Sequence record: SRR20825006_2978
Length of the DNA stretch: 40,009 bases
Direction: 5' to 3' (one strand)
In this document: positions 10,294-18,553 of the stretch, piece by piece
How the letters are laid out: each line of letters begins with the position of its first letter
Position numbering within the stretch: position 1 is the stretch's first letter
Notes under the pieces: generated by a model
Told to the model about the DNA's origin: nothing
Databases searched by the model: none
Seen by the model: only the letters and a program-made list of their open reading frames with translations
Made by a program: the position numbers and the translations under genes

Positions 10294-10565
10294 CGTAACA
10301 CCATCCACGCTCACGAGCGCTGACGTGCACCTGTCTTCGAACAGTTTCCTCTTGCCCATGATAGTTGATTGGAATCTGTGATCCCTGGTGGCCTCGATCA
10401 AATTCGGGCAGGCTCACAAATTCTCGCTTACTTGATTAACATGGCTTCGCGCCGACCTATTTCACAGATCGTGCGCTTCTTTCACTGATCGTATCGCGAT
10501 GCCATCCTTGGCTTGGAGTCGTGTTATGAGTATGACCGTGGCACGGATGGCCCTGGAGAGATGTG

Positions 10566-11993
10566 ATGGATGAAGAGATCCAAGAACAAGAAGAGCGCGA
10601 ACCTGTCGTGATTTCGCCACGAGGCGAAATCAAGGGCACCGTCGATCTCTGGTACGAGGATGGGACATTGCTCGTCGAGGGGCTCGAGAGCTGGGATGAG
10701 GACCTCCTTCATTACGATGACCGCGTCTCGCTCTACCGCGCGCCCGCGCACCTGTATCGCAAGATCCTCGCCGCGCTCGTGCATGCTGGCTGGGCCGTCC
10801 GAGATATGGCGCGTGATTATGATGAGGTCGCGCTCTCGCTCGTGGACCCTCCAGACCCTTACGAACACCAGTCAGGCGCCATCGAGGCATGGAAGGCAGG
10901 TGGCAAGCGCGGCGTCGTCATCTTGCCGACGGGAGCAGGGAAGACCTTTGTCGCGCAGCTCGCCATTCAGGACGTCGCGCGCTCGGCGCTGATCCTCGTG
11001 CCGACGATCGATCTCCTCAATCAGTGGTCCGGGGTGTTGGAGAAAGCCTTCGGTTGCACCATCGGCCTGCTCGGCGGTGGTTACCACGAGATCGAGGATA
11101 TCACCGTCTCGACCTACGACTCGGGCGCCATTCATATGGATCGTCTCGGCGCGCGCTTCGGGCTGCTCGTCTTCGATGAGGTGCACCACTTGCCCGGCGA
11201 GCTCTATCAACAGATCGCGCAATCCTCGCTCGCGCCTTACAGGCTGGGGCTCACCGCGACCTACGAGCGCGCCGATGGCAAACACTCGATCCTCGATGAC
11301 CTCGTCGGCCCCGTCTTGTTTCGCCGCTCCATCAAGGAGCTCTCCGGAGATATCCTCGCCGACTACGAGGTTCGCACGCTCGCCATCGAAATGAGCGAAG
11401 ATGATGCCGAAACGTACACCAAGGCGCGCGAGGAATACCGCGAGTTCGTTCGCATCCGCGGGATCCGCATGAGCTCGGTGAATGGCTGGAAGCGCTTCCT
11501 CGCCGAGACCTCCAAGTCGCGCGAAGGGCGCGCGGCTTTCAAGGCGTACAGGCTCCAAAAACAACTCGCGCTCGTGCACGAGAAGAAGCTCGAGAAGCTC
11601 TACGAGCTGCTCGAGGAGCACCACGATGACCGCGTCTTGATCTTCACCAACGATAACGACTCCGTGTATCAGATCAGCCGCGAGGTCTTGTGTCCGACCA
11701 TCACGCACCAGACCCCGGTCAAGGAGCGCAAGGAGATCCTCGCCAGGTTCAACGAGGGAGCCTACAAGACGATCGCCACGAGCAAGGTCTTGAACGAGGG
11801 CGTCGATGTCCCCGAGGCGCGCGTCGCGGTCGTGTTGAGCGGCTCGGGATCTGTGCGCGAGCATGTGCAACGCCTCGGTCGCATCCTTCGCAGAGCGCCT
11901 GACAAGAAGGCGCTCCTCTACGAGTTGGTCACCGACAACTCCGTGGAGACCTACGTCAGCCAACGCAGGAGAGAGCACGATGCTTACCAGTGA
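10566..11993 (+). CDS. Superfamily 2 DNA helicase, XPB/Rad25 (Ssl2) type
   Basis: LPTGAGKT Walker A, FDEVHHL, GLTATYERADG, LNEGVDVP, QRLGRILR; compact ~475 aa; GGAG RBS before ATG 10566. Confidence 0.92.
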   Translation: MDEEIQEQEEREPVVISPRGEIKGTVDLWYEDGTLLVEGLESWDEDLLHYDDRVSLYRAPAHLYRKILAALVHAGWAVRDMARDYDEVALSLVDPPDPYEHQSGAIEAWKAGGKRGVVILPTGAGKTFVAQLAIQDVARSALILVPTIDLLNQWSGVLEKAFGCTIGLLGGGYHEIEDITVSTYDSGAIHMDRLGARFGLLVFDEVHHLPGELYQQIAQSSLAPYRLGLTATYERADGKHSILDDLVGPVLFRRSIKELSGDILADYEVRTLAIEMSEDDAETYTKAREEYREFVRIRGIRMSSVNGWKRFLAETSKSREGRAAFKAYRLQKQLALVHEKKLEKLYELLEEHHDDRVLIFTNDNDSVYQISREVLCPTITHQTPVKERKEILARFNEGAYKTIATSKVLNEGVDVPEARVAVVLSGSGSVREHVQRLGRILRRAPDKKALLYELVTDNSVETYVSQRRREHDAYQ

Positions 11994-13179
11994 TTTGTTG
12001 CGCGTGATCGCGCGCAAGCAGTCGGTCAAGCCGCGCTACCTCGACACCGAGAGCGAGCGCGCTCAGGAGAAGGCCGAGCAGCTCACCACGATCTTCGAGG
12101 CTCACGTGCAAAAGTCGCGCGGAGAGATCGATGATGAGGTCGAAGCGGCCATCGGACATGGCACTGATTTTCTGATCTGGCGAGGGCTCGCCAAGCTCCT
12201 CTATGACAGGAGCACGTTCGAGACCGTCGCCGAGGCCGAGCCCGTCGATATCCGCCGCGCCGTCTTCGAGGCATCCACCGAGCTTGGCCCAGTCACCACA
12301 AAGGAAAAGCGCGCCGAGGTCCTTGCCTACGCCGCAGAGCGCCTCGCCATCACCGCGCAGGGGTGTGAAGATGGCCTCTACGCTGATCTCGACGCCAATC
12401 AGATCCTGACCGAGTACAAGAAGCTCAAACCGCTCGCGCTCTTGCATCGCTACAACCTGGCGCTCGCGCAGGCGGTGCTCTACAAGGCGACGCGGTTGAT
12501 GGTCGAGCTCGACGACAGCGATCCGAATCGCTTGCGATACATCTTCCAATCACTCAAGTTCTTTGGTTTGATGCACCGCGCTTACAAGAGAGAGGAGGGG
12601 TGGTTGCTCGAGGTCGATGGTCCCGCGTCGCTCTTCTCGCAGAGTCGCAAGTACGGGCTCCAGATGGCCAAGTTCCTCCCCGCGCTCGCGCTGTGCGAAT
12701 CCTGGAGGATGCGCGCCACGCTCGCCTGGAGCAAGGGCTCCGAGCATATCATGGAGGTTAGCGACGAGGACGGGCTCGTCTCACACTACACCGCGCGCGG
12801 TCAGTGGGTCTCCGATGAAGAGAAGATGTTCGAGAGCCGCTTCGCGCAGATCGAGACCGACTGGGAGCTCGAGCGACGAGGGACTTTGCATGAACTCGAT
12901 GCTGGCGAAGTCTTGATTTCGGACTATGTTCTCAAGCATCCTGACGGAAGAGTCGGTTTTGTTGAAATCGTCGGTTTCTGGAGAAAAGCCTACCTCGAAC
13001 GTCGCATCGATCTTATGGAGAAGCTCGAAGGGGTGCCCCTCGTGCTCGTGGTCGGTGAGAAGTTGAACTCGGACAGGAACAAACTGGACGAGGTCCCCCC
13101 CGCCATCGTTTTCTTCAAGACGGTGATCCTTGTCGACAAGGTGATCTCGGCGGTCGAAGAGGTTTGCTCTTCCTGTTAG
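11980..13179 (+). CDS. DUF790 family protein (Bax1-like endonuclease partner of XPB)
   Basis: MLTSDLLR start overlapping the helicase end by 14 bp; GLYADL, RYNLALAQAVLY, DGPASLF...KYG, and ISDY...FVEIVGFW nuclease-type motif. Confidence 0.88.
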   Translation: MLTSDLLRVIARKQSVKPRYLDTESERAQEKAEQLTTIFEAHVQKSRGEIDDEVEAAIGHGTDFLIWRGLAKLLYDRSTFETVAEAEPVDIRRAVFEASTELGPVTTKEKRAEVLAYAAERLAITAQGCEDGLYADLDANQILTEYKKLKPLALLHRYNLALAQAVLYKATRLMVELDDSDPNRLRYIFQSLKFFGLMHRAYKREEGWLLEVDGPASLFSQSRKYGLQMAKFLPALALCESWRMRATLAWSKGSEHIMEVSDEDGLVSHYTARGQWVSDEEKMFESRFAQIETDWELERRGTLHELDAGEVLISDYVLKHPDGRVGFVEIVGFWRKAYLERRIDLMEKLEGVPLVLVVGEKLNSDRNKLDEVPPAIVFFKTVILVDKVISAVEEVCSSC

Positions 13180-13335
13180 TGAATGAACGGTGTGGTGGCA
13201 TGATTGGCCACGATGCCACAGGCAATTTGTTGTGAATTGTGCAGATCGCATGGTAGAACAGACCGCGGTATTCGCGGTGTGTTGCCATGCACATCTGAAC
13301 GATAGTGATGACCATGGCTGATGTTGGAGATTCGA

Positions 13336-14481
13336 GTGAACGTTCGTATTGATCACATGCTGGTGCGACCCTCTCGCCGGAAATTCGGCGCTCGGATAGT
13401 CGCTTGCTTGCTCGCCGCATCCTGCGTGCTGGCGCCCGTGACCTCGTTCGGTCAAGCGGATGGCGACGCCGAGCAGATGCAAAAGTACGTCAAGGAGGCG
13501 ACGCAACACTTCCGCGACAAGCAGTACGCAAAGGCGGGGGAAGCCTTCATGTTGGCTTACCAGGCCAAGGCCGAGCCAGTGTTGCTCAAGAATGCGATGG
13601 TGGCATTTTACTCGGCTGATGATTGCTCGAGCGCGGTCAAGACTGGCTTTAGCTTCCTCGAAACCCAGAAAGGGATCGACACCTCCGACATGACCGCGGA
13701 CCAGAAGGTCCAGTACGACAAGGATATCCAGGACACCAAGACCGTCATCAGCAAGTGCCGTCTGGCCGAGGCCGAGCTCGCGCTCAAGCGAAAGGACGTC
13801 GCCACGGCAAAGGTCGCCATCGATGGCATCGGTGATTTTGTCTCTGGTCAGGATGACGTCGAACGTCTCTTCACCGTGCGCAAGCAAATCGAAGAGATGG
13901 AGAAAGCGCAAAACGGTGACGGCAACGGGAACAACAACGGCAACGGTAATGGCGACGGCAACGGCGACGAGAAGTCCGGGATCTCGAACCAGGCGCTCAT
14001 TGGTTGGGTTCTCGTCGGTGCTGGCGCCGCAGGTGGCGCCGTCACGCTCGTGACCTCGCTCAACACGGCCAATGATATCAACTCCTTCGAGGATGATTAC
14101 GGCGAGCGTATCCAAGGCGGGCCGACTGGCGATCCTATCGAAGGTAACGATGATAACCTCGAGTACCGCATCGACGATTGCAACAACCTCAAGACCGAAA
14201 AAGGTGGCATGGTCGATGCCAGCGCTGGCGATAAGAACGAGTGCAGATCGGTCCTGGAGAGCTCCGACAAGATCAACCGTCGCATCGCTATCGGCTCCAC
14301 GCTTTCAGGCGTCGCGGTCGTGGCCAGTGTGACTCTCTTGGTTCTCGACGAGCGCAATCAACGCAAAGCCGAGGAGGCCAAAAAGAACGGCGAGGAGACC
14401 TCCAGGTTGCGCGATAACCTGATCATCGCGCCCACCTTCGGTCGTGATAGCGCTGGCGCTGCGGTCCTCTTCAGGTTCTGA
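13336..14481 (+). CDS. Exported TPR-like hypothetical protein with GN-rich linker, two hydrophobic helices and C-terminal beta-type motif
   Basis: Signal-peptide-like N-terminus, ATQHFRDKQYAKAGEAFMLAY TPR-like helix, NGDGNGNNNGNG linker, ends ...AGAAVLFRF. Start uncertain (13321, GTG 13336 with GGAG RBS, or 13357). Confidence 0.75.
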   Translation: MNVRIDHMLVRPSRRKFGARIVACLLAASCVLAPVTSFGQADGDAEQMQKYVKEATQHFRDKQYAKAGEAFMLAYQAKAEPVLLKNAMVAFYSADDCSSAVKTGFSFLETQKGIDTSDMTADQKVQYDKDIQDTKTVISKCRLAEAELALKRKDVATAKVAIDGIGDFVSGQDDVERLFTVRKQIEEMEKAQNGDGNGNNNGNGNGDGNGDEKSGISNQALIGWVLVGAGAAGGAVTLVTSLNTANDINSFEDDYGERIQGGPTGDPIEGNDDNLEYRIDDCNNLKTEKGGMVDASAGDKNECRSVLESSDKINRRIAIGSTLSGVAVVASVTLLVLDERNQRKAEEAKKNGEETSRLRDNLIIAPTFGRDSAGAAVLFRF

Positions 14482-14512
14482 GGTTGGCTTCGTAGCAAGC
14501 AAGCAAACAAGC

Positions 14513-14583
14513 AAGGCGCAAGAAAGCGAGCGAGCGAGCTTCCTGAAATTCAGGAAGCTCGCCCGCTCGCTTTCTTGCGCCTT
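14513..14583. repeat. 35-bp-arm near-perfect palindrome between convergent genes (probable bidirectional terminator)
   Basis: AAGGCGCAAGAAAGCGAGCGAGCGAGCTTCCTGAA-A-TTCAGGAAGCTCGCCCGCTCGCTTTCTTGCGCCTT; one mismatch. Confidence 0.88.
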
Positions 14584-14598
14584 CGATGCTCGATGCGT

Positions 14599-15885
14599 TC
14601 AGCCGTAAATCTCTGCGAGCGTCGCTGCTGCTGCCGCGAGGGTCTCGTCGATGACCTCGTCAGTGTGAGCGGTGCTCAGGAAGCCCGCCTCGTACTGGCT
14701 GCACGCCAGATACACGCCGCGCTCGAGCATCCCGTGGAAGAAGGCGTTGAACTTCTCGAAGTCACATCCCTTGACCTGCTCGTGCTCGCGGATGCTCTCT
14801 TCGTGGAAGAAGACGCCGAACATCGCGCCGACGCGGTGTTGTGTCATCGGGTAGTCGTGGTCATCGATGAGCTTTTGCATCCCATCTTGCATGCGCTGAC
14901 CCGACGCCTCGAGCTGCTCGTAGACCGCCGGTGTCAGGCGCTCGAGCGTGGCGATGCCCGCGGCCACTGCCACCGGGTTGCCGCTCAATGTGCCCGCCTG
15001 ATAAATCGGTCCATCTGGTGCGACCTGACGCATGTACTCGGACGTTCCGCCGTAGGCCGCCAGCGGGAATCCGCCGCCGAGGACCTTGCCAAAGCAATAC
15101 AGGTCTGGCTTGACGCCATAAACCTCCGCGGCGCCACCGCGCGCGACGCGAAAACCTGTCATCACCTCGTCCAAAATCAACGCCGCGCCGTGCTCGTCAC
15201 AGATGGCGCGAAGCTCGCCGAGGAAGTCATCCTGGGGAGGAATACAGCCAGTGTTTCCACAAATAGGCTCGACGATCACGGCGGCGATTTCTTGCGGGTT
15301 GTTCTCGAAGAGCTCTCGCACACTCGCTGGGTTATTAAACTTCGCGAGCAGCGTATCCCTGGCGCAACCCCTGGTCACGCCGGGGGAGTTTGGCTCTCCC
15401 AGCGTGAGCGCGCCCGAACCTGCGCCAACGAGGAAGGAGTCCGCGTGGCCATGGTAGCAGCCATCGAATTTGATGATCTTGTCACGACCTGTGACGCCGC
15501 GCGCGACGCGAATGGCGCTCATGCAGGCTTCCGTGCCGGAGTTCACCAGGCGCGTGACCTCGAGCCCTGGGACGCGCTCGATCATCATCTCTGCGAGCGT
15601 GATCTCCTGTTCTGTCGGCGCGCCAAACGAAGAGCCTCGCGCCACGGCGGCCTGTGCCGCGGCGACCACATCTGGCTGCGCGTGTCCGAGGATCGCGGGA
15701 CCCCAGGTCAGCACGTAGTCGATGTAGCGGTTGCCATCTGCGTCAAAGAGGTAGGCTCCCTCGGCGCGTTCGATAAATGGCGGGGTGCCTCCCACGCTCT
15801 TGAAGGCGCGAACAGGTGAGTTCACGCCGCCAGGGATGCTCTTCGCTGCGCGCTCGAGGAGGGTCTTGCTCTTCTCCAAGGTCAT
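14599..15885 (-). CDS. hemL: Glutamate-1-semialdehyde 2,1-aminomutase
   Basis: IPGGVNSPVRAF, VNSGTEA, FDGCYHGH, DEVMTGFR, FGKVLGGG, YQAGTLSGNP. Confidence 0.98.
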   Translation of the reverse strand: MTLEKSKTLLERAAKSIPGGVNSPVRAFKSVGGTPPFIERAEGAYLFDADGNRYIDYVLTWGPAILGHAQPDVVAAAQAAVARGSSFGAPTEQEITLAEMMIERVPGLEVTRLVNSGTEACMSAIRVARGVTGRDKIIKFDGCYHGHADSFLVGAGSGALTLGEPNSPGVTRGCARDTLLAKFNNPASVRELFENNPQEIAAVIVEPICGNTGCIPPQDDFLGELRAICDEHGAALILDEVMTGFRVARGGAAEVYGVKPDLYCFGKVLGGGFPLAAYGGTSEYMRQVAPDGPIYQAGTLSGNPVAVAAGIATLERLTPAVYEQLEASGQRMQDGMQKLIDDHDYPMTQHRVGAMFGVFFHEESIREHEQVKGCDFEKFNAFFHGMLERGVYLACSQYEAGFLSTAHTDEVIDETLAAAAATLAEIYG

Positions 15886-15942
15886 ATCGGGCTCTCTTGC
15901 TTGCTTGATTTCTTGGCTTTCAGGTCGAATGCGGGCTCGAAA

Positions 15943-17031
15943 TCACTCGGCGGCGGGTTGCTGCGAGTGCGTGATCTTCACCGGCGATCCTCCCTGGTTA
16001 ATGAAGGTGCGCGTGAACTTCTCGAGCACGTCGATCCAGCGAGGATGATCGTTGAGACAGGGAACATAAACGAAATGCTTCCCACCTGCCTCCTCGAAAG
16101 TCTCCTTTCCTTCCATCGCGATCTCCTCGAGCGTCTCGAGGCAATCGGAGACAAAGGCAGGGCAGAGCACGACGAGCTTCTTGATCCCGCGCGTGGGGAA
16201 GCGCTCGAGCTCCTGATCCGTGAACGGCTTGAGCCAGGGGTCGTTGCCGAGCCTTGATTGGAACGTCACCGAGTACTTCTCGCGCGGGAGGTCGAGCTGC
16301 TCGGCCACGAGGCTGCTCGTCTTGAAGACCTGGTGCCTGTAGCAGAGCGCTTGCGCCGGGTGCTCGCGCTGACAGCAGTCCTCGTACCGCAGGCAGTAAC
16401 AACCGCTCGGATCTCCCTTGCGGATGTGGCGCTCGGGGATGCCGTGGTAGCTAAAGAGGACATGGTCCCAGTCCTCTTTCTCGAGCGTGTCGCGCGTCAC
16501 TTCCGCCAACGCCTCGATGTAATCGGCGTCGTTGTAGTAGGGCGCCTGGACGGTATAGCGCATCTCGGGTGCGATCTTCTCGATGACATCCTGCGCCTTG
16601 GCGACCGCTGTCTCGTAGCTCGACATCGCGTAGTGCGGGTAGAGCGGGATGATGAGCAGGTCATTGATCCCGCGCCCCTTGAGCCTGCGGATCGCGTCCT
16701 CGGTGGAAGGGTTCCCATAACGCATCCCCAACTCTACCGGGATATCCACGCGCTCACCGAGCAAGTCTGTGACCTGGTAGCTCGTGACGATCAATGGCGA
16801 TCCCTCTTCGGTCCAGATCTTCTCGTAGGCTTCCGCGCTCTGGCGAGGGCGAAACGGGAGGATGAACAGGTTGAGGATCGTCTGGCGCACGGGCGCTGGA
16901 GCGTCGATGACGCGAGGGTCCGAGAGGAACTCTCGCAGGTAGCGGCGCACGTCCTGGGTGTCGGTCGAATCCGGCGAGCCCAGGTTGAGCAGCAGGACGC
17001 CCTTGTTGGATTTGGTCGCGGGTTTGTTCAT
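15943..17031 (-). CDS. hemH: Ferrochelatase with internal Cys-rich insertion
   Basis: GVLLLNLGSP, LYPHYAMSS, FSYHGIP, FQSRLG..PWLKP, FVSDCLETLEEI; start taken at MNKP (17031). Confidence 0.96.
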   Translation of the reverse strand: MNKPATKSNKGVLLLNLGSPDSTDTQDVRRYLREFLSDPRVIDAPAPVRQTILNLFILPFRPRQSAEAYEKIWTEEGSPLIVTSYQVTDLLGERVDIPVELGMRYGNPSTEDAIRRLKGRGINDLLIIPLYPHYAMSSYETAVAKAQDVIEKIAPEMRYTVQAPYYNDADYIEALAEVTRDTLEKEDWDHVLFSYHGIPERHIRKGDPSGCYCLRYEDCCQREHPAQALCYRHQVFKTSSLVAEQLDLPREKYSVTFQSRLGNDPWLKPFTDQELERFPTRGIKKLVVLCPAFVSDCLETLEEIAMEGKETFEEAGGKHFVYVPCLNDHPRWIDVLEKFTRTFINQGGSPVKITHSQQPAAE

Positions 17032-17060
17032 GGGAGGATCTCCCCGTGTCAAAGGTTCCG

Positions 17061-17086
17061 ATGAGCTGGCCTCGAGGCCAGCTCAT
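17061..17086. repeat. Perfect 26-bp palindrome between hemY and hemH
   Basis: ATGAGCTGGCCTCGAGGCCAGCTCAT is its own reverse complement. Confidence 0.85.
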
Positions 17087-17103
17087 GCCACGCAGTGGAA
17101 AAA

Positions 17104-18534
17104 TTAAGGATAGAGGTAGCGCTTGACCTGATCCGAGACCTCTTCGGCGTGACGGACTACATCCGCCACGCTGATGCCATCGCGCCAGGTCCCCATCATA
17201 TGGAGCCCAGGGAGCGACGCCTCGATCTCTTCGGCGCGCGCGAGCACGCGACCATAGCCAACCTCGTACTGTGGGATGCTCTGCATCCATGTTTTGCTTC
17301 GCACATGCGCCGGGAAGCCGCGCACACCGAGCAGTTTTTTCAGGTCGTGCATCGCCAACTCGACCTGCTGGCTCTCGGAGAGCAGGGCGTCTTCAGGTGT
17401 GCGACCTCCCAAGAATACCATCATCAGGACGTGGTCGTCTGGCGCGCGGTGGGCGAACACTGTCGAGCTGAACACCGCGCCGAGGATCGAGAAGTCTTCG
17501 ACCGATGGCACGAGCATCCCGAAACCATCGAGCGGGTGAGTGATTTGTGAGCGGCGAAAGCCAAATCCCATCATCGTCACCGGAGGATGCGTCACCGTGT
17601 GGATCGGCGTCGTGTCGACGCGATCACCGCGCTCGTCCAGAAGCTCGATATGCTCGAACGAGGTCGCCTGTAAGCCCATCACCACCGCGTCGTATGCGTG
17701 CGGCTTTAGATTTTTGGGCGTGACCTCGAAGCCCTGTTCTCCGAGGTATTGCACGCGCTCCACCGGGCGCTTGTAGTGCAGCGTGCCTTTCTCCAACCGC
17801 TCGGTGAGCGCGTCGGTCAAGGTCTGGACGCCGCCGTGGAAGTTGACCAGCTCGCCGCCACCTTCAGATTTGCGCGCTGGTTGCTTCTTCTTTTTATCGC
17901 GCGCGGCCATCGCCGCGCGCACGCCGCCAAGAATCAACGAGCCATACTCGCGCTCGAGCTCTTGCAGGCGCTTGAGCACGTGGTGTGAGGAGAGCTTCTT
18001 CGGGTCGCCCGCGTAGGTGCCCGCGATGAACGGGTCGAGCGCGTAGTTCGCCAATTCCTCGCCCAGGCGTCGCTTGGCGAGGTTATAGAGGCTCTCGTCA
18101 TAGAGCTCTTCGGGTTCATCCTCCGAGGATGGGATGATCGGCTCGGCGAACAGACGCAGCTTCGCCGCGGCGGAAAACAGCGGCGTGCGCGCGAACTCGC
18201 CGAGGCTTTGCGGCAAGGCGTGTGGTTTGCCATCGCGCACGACAAAGCGCTTCTTCGCCGCGTTGTTTGGCGGCTGACGTTGCTCCTGTAGGTCCAGCTC
18301 TTCGATCAGGCGCGTGATCACGCCGCCTCGATCAGGCACCGTGTTCGGGCCGAGCTCCATGTGGTAGCCCGCTTCCTTGACGGTGCTGATGTTTCCGCCG
18401 GTGCGATCGCTCGCTTCGAACAGGTCGACCTGGAACCCGCGCTTTTGCAAACGCATCGCCGTGGTCAAACCACCGACGCCAGCTCCGACAACACAGACCT
18501 TGAGCTCGCCAGGATGTTTGGCAACTCGTGGCAT
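17104..18534 (-). CDS. hemY: HemY-type FAD-dependent protoporphyrinogen/coproporphyrinogen oxidase
   Basis: VVGAGVGGL FAD motif, FEASDRTGG, ELGPN, GTYAGDP..LS, GFGMLVP, IPQYEVG. Confidence 0.93.
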   Translation of the reverse strand: MPRVAKHPGELKVCVVGAGVGGLTTAMRLQKRGFQVDLFEASDRTGGNISTVKEAGYHMELGPNTVPDRGGVITRLIEELDLQEQRQPPNNAAKKRFVVRDGKPHALPQSLGEFARTPLFSAAAKLRLFAEPIIPSSEDEPEELYDESLYNLAKRRLGEELANYALDPFIAGTYAGDPKKLSSHHVLKRLQELEREYGSLILGGVRAAMAARDKKKKQPARKSEGGGELVNFHGGVQTLTDALTERLEKGTLHYKRPVERVQYLGEQGFEVTPKNLKPHAYDAVVMGLQATSFEHIELLDERGDRVDTTPIHTVTHPPVTMMGFGFRRSQITHPLDGFGMLVPSVEDFSILGAVFSSTVFAHRAPDDHVLMMVFLGGRTPEDALLSESQQVELAMHDLKKLLGVRGFPAHVRSKTWMQSIPQYEVGYGRVLARAEEIEASLPGLHMMGTWRDGISVADVVRHAEEVSDQVKRYLYP

Positions 18535-18553
18535 AGCCTCGCTCCTCTCGCTC

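Noticed and set aside
9782-10417. 211-aa minus-strand ORF across the pspA upstream region
   Set aside because: Overlaps pspA out of frame, no protein-like features; the region is better explained by RNA structure and promoters.
10539-10555. TGGCACG resembling a sigma54 -24 box
   Set aside because: No TTGC -12 element at the required spacing, and it points away from pspA.
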